Made by a program: the position numbers and the translations under genes
Shown here: positions 60,485-64,000 of the stretch, piece after piece
Layout of the letters: every line of letters begins with the position of its first letter
How positions within the stretch are numbered: position 1 is the stretch's first letter
Assembly: GCA_030141605.1 (NCBI GenBank)
Contig: JAQGDQ010000007.1
Location: 1,599,173-1,663,172 of the forward strand
Reading direction: 5' to 3'
Length of the DNA: 64,000 nt
Source of the DNA: Tubiluchus corallicola
Lineage: Eukaryota; Animalia; Priapulida
Notes under the pieces: generated by a model
What the model was told of the DNA's origin: nothing
Seen by the model: only the letters and a program-made list of their open reading frames with translations
Databases searched by the model: none

Positions 60485-62652
60485 AAGTAATCTATTTCTA
60501 CTTTGCATTATGTGAAAATAAAACAGCCTTTGACAACTGGAGTCAAGTTTTTATTTACTGAGAATAGTTAGGTTACTTGTAGATTCGGATATAAAAATTC
60601 TGTCAGGTACAGTCAAAGACTTCAATTTTACGGTATTCTTGTGTCGCCAAATTGTCATTATCTGCAATTATGAAACTTGTTTTACATAATGTACATTACT
60701 GAGTAAACAACATAAACAGCATTTCCTTGTGTGCATTATACTCTGCATGTCGGTATGGCACCATATTGAAAGATTAAGTTGTAAAAATGTGATATATTAA
60801 TTAGTTTTTATATGACCAACATTGAACTCTGATAGCTAATGCATTGATATTGACATGCTAGTCTGAATTTTTTTTGTTGTTGTCTTCATCAGTCAAGTTC
60901 GGATTATTTCAGTGTAATGTCATGTCTTATCATCAACACCATGTGAACAATTTCTTCAAATTTGTTTATTTGGTTTTCATATGTGTGCTCAACAAACCAA
61001 AACTGTCCATAAGTTGGCATAGTTCAAGCTATGTTACAATGACTCAAAATAACATGTAGAAAAATTGGGTCAATATCAGTTATTTTTACAAAAATAAACG
61101 CTAAATTTACTGGGCTTCATAACTGTAACTGCAGTGTTCTTTTACAAAGTCCACTTTTAGCAACCACTTTTCCATACGTTGATAGTGTTTTTGTAGAAAT
61201 GTGACAAAAAAATGGCAAACTTCAGGACCGCTTTTGTCAAAATAATGTTTTTCATGATGCAGCATGCACCTCAACGTTGACATCTGTGCTTAGAAATAAT
61301 GTAGAGTAATGGCCAATGAGCTAGGTATCAAAGTGGAAAATCAGGAAGTGTGAATAACTAGGAATGCCTACCTGCCGACTTATGGACGTTTTTCCTATGC
61401 AAACAGGATTGTGAACAAGTCAGTAGTTGATACCTTATATGCATAGTCTCATCAACAGAAACCAATGCATATAGTGTTGCATAGCCTGGTTAATTTTTTC
61501 CTGGCCAGTTTGTTACTAAACAGTGTATGTCTTTCTCTAAGCAACATACCACATTAAAGGTGTATGTATGAAACATCAGTGTTGAGGTTAAAATTATCAC
61601 TCCTGTTCATTAGACCTTTGGTTTTGAAATTATTTCTACATGCAGTTATTTTTAATTATTAATCATGTATGTGTATATGGTTAAAAATTAGTTTTATTTG
61701 ATTCATTCTTTTAGATAAAACTGATCTAATAATTAGAAAATTTGTAAATTTAGCAAATAAAAAATGTAATAATTTTCAGTTGAATGATGTGGGTTTACTG
61801 TGGTAACGACTTTAGGTGAGAAAGCCAATTTTTAATGGCTTCAGTCTTCTAACCAGTAAGAGTGAACATTGTTAAAAATTTAGTGTAGAAAAATTTTATT
61901 CAAATAGTTATAGCTGGAATTGTAGAGTAACCTAGTGGCGCAACAGCTGTCGCTGTGTATGATAACCAGCATTAGCAATCAGTTGAAATTTCGATTCAAT
62001 TGAAAATTATTTCGATCTTAGTTATGTAATGAAATGTCTCATAAAGTGCATTTTACATGTAAACTTTATACTGAGTAACACTCCTGAGTGAAAGCCCACA
62101 AAGTAAATACTGAGATAAGTTCAACATTTATTTGCAGTTGTACAGTGTACAACGTTACCTACGATTACAATTGCAATTCCTGGTAATAGCACTGCAAAAA
62201 GTAGCCCATGTCCAGTGGCTGTTTGTTCCTAGCTGCTTTCTTCAGTAATATTTGGATTTACTTACATTCCATTTCTTTCTTACATGCTTAGCATTACAGT
62301 GGCTGAGTCATCATAATAGAACAGCTAACTACTGTGTAGGCTGCTGGGTGTCAGTGTGGAGAATCTAGGTAACCATTGAAACAGCAAGGCATGAAAATCA
62401 TTAAACATGACTAATGAAGGAACATATTTTCGTAATTTAGTGATAAAATACATTTATTACCACTGGTATACTCAATCACTTGAAGCAAAATGTCTTCATT
62501 CGTCTTTAAACATAACTTATCTGGATAAAAACAATCAGTCACAAACCAATTTTTTCTTTTTTTTACCTTTTTGACAGGGGAACTATTTATGAGTTGACTT
62601 CATTAAGGAAAAATATAGTCAAAAAACCGATTGATTCAGAAAAACAATTAAA

Positions 62653-63324
62653 CTGGCCGTCTTAACAGCATTATAGGTCCCCGGGCAAACCAGTGCACAG
62701 GGGCTCCTACATAAACAACCACTCACACGAATAAAAATGTAAATGGTCGATAAAATTAAACACATGGTAACTGTATTGGAACTTCCAACATGCTGCACAG
62801 CAATGCTTAATCAACACAATATTTGAACAATATAGTATGAGCCTTGAAAAAACAGAAAAATTGTAAACAAATGTGCATAAATGATACATAACTGGGAAAC
62901 CATACAAATGGAGATGGCACAGTATAAAATTAACATGAATTATTTAGTATTAATCAAGTATATTCAACACAAACATTTGCGAAATTTCTTTGCAGAGAAA
63001 TGCTTTATAACTGGCTTAAAGCCAATGGTCTTCATGATGTCATTTTCAATACACATGAGTGAAACTTAATTCAAACGCTGCTGCCTCAATGTGTTACAAA
63101 GCAGATTTTTTTTAAAAACTTCAGTCTTAAAAATGAAAGTCCTCTAGCATAGTTGGTTACCATCATGCACATGAAAATTCTGAGTGCAATTTCAACATTG
63201 AGAAAAACAGATTTCAATTATTTATTGACAGTAAGTCTCAACTCAACGTAGGTTACCACAGGGCCTCTATGCTCATGGAGCCACCAGGCAACTGCCCAGT
63301 GTGTCCATGCGTTAAGACAGCCCT
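62653..63324. mobile_element. Degenerate hAT-like MITE
   Basis: Imperfect TIR CTGGCCGTCTTAAC / GTTAAGACAGCCCT, GC-rich subterminal blocks, near-identical 8-bp flanks CAATTAAA / CAATGAAA. Confidence 0.55.
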
Positions 63325-64000
63325 CAATGAAAACAAACATATCACTTATAACAATACTCCACTATTGTGATCGACAATTTCATTAAGTTCAGATTCGCTC
63401 ACTAGATGGCGCCTCACAGACGTTGTTCTCGGATAATGCATCTTTGAAGTTTCAAGTCGCAACTTCATCTCCCGTGTGAAAAATCCACACTAGAAAACAC
63501 ATTGCAAGCAAACATATAATCTAGCAATTATTGACATTAGTTTAAACAACCTAAAGGGCAAAAAACAAAGTATAAATTTGAATAATTAAAGATGAATTTT
63601 AATTTTTGAATTTATAACCGTCATGTTCACATCACTTCACTTTCATTATTTTTTAAAATATAAAATGTCAAAATAAAAAATAATGAAGACAGAAATATAG
63701 ACGGTGGTTTAATAACTTTATGCAGTAAGAAATCTTTTTAAACAGTGTTGTTAAAAAAGGGTGTTAACTGTACAAAAAATGATAACATTAATTTTTATCT
63801 TCCACTTGGACATACCTTCCACAACACAGCTATTAAAATTGAGAAGAGCAATGTGGCAGCTCCACATCCAATAACTATATAAACCCAGAATAGCTTGTCT
63901 TGGAGAACTGCCTGCTTTAACTGAGGAAAGACTACTGTAGAAGTCACCTAGAAATAAATAACTTTACTTACTTACAGTTAAAATACTTACTGTAATAGTT

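Larger units (their letters stand above)
52782..62565 (+). repeat. Near-perfect 4888-bp tandem segmental duplication containing CHMP2A
   Basis: All ORFs recur at a +4888 offset. Unit 1 is 52782-57669 and unit 2 is 57670-62557. TTTTTTTA microhomology at 52782, 57670 and 62558. Confidence 0.97.

Overview
AT-rich, intron-containing eukaryotic (metazoan, probably invertebrate) genomic DNA, not prokaryotic. Seven protein-coding regions were reconstructed by hand from GT-AG splice sites and frame continuity. These are two tandem 5-exon beta-tubulin paralogues (- strand), a 6-exon core-binding factor beta gene (CBFB/Brother, +), a 5-exon secreted or anchored Reeler+DOMON protein (FRRS1-like but without the cytochrome b561 domain, +), a 5-exon METTL6 tRNA m3C methyltransferase (-), and two copies of a single-coding-exon CHMP2A/Vps2 (+). 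The CHMP2A copies lie inside a near-perfect 4888-bp tandem duplication with an 8-bp microhomology junction. Introns and intergenic DNA hold non-autonomous transposons: an internally deleted pogo element, hAT MITEs, a TGT...ACA palindrome-rich element with a 5-bp TSD, a Helitron/Helentron-like repeat, two 5S-rRNA-derived SINE-like heads, and microsatellites. The most notable observations are the Asn104->Asp change at the RUNX-binding hotspot of CBF-beta, the probably promoterless CHMP2A duplicate carrying A21T, the divergence of the two tubulin isotypes, and the 5S-derived elements. I cannot support a wholly new multi-gene system from the sequence alone.
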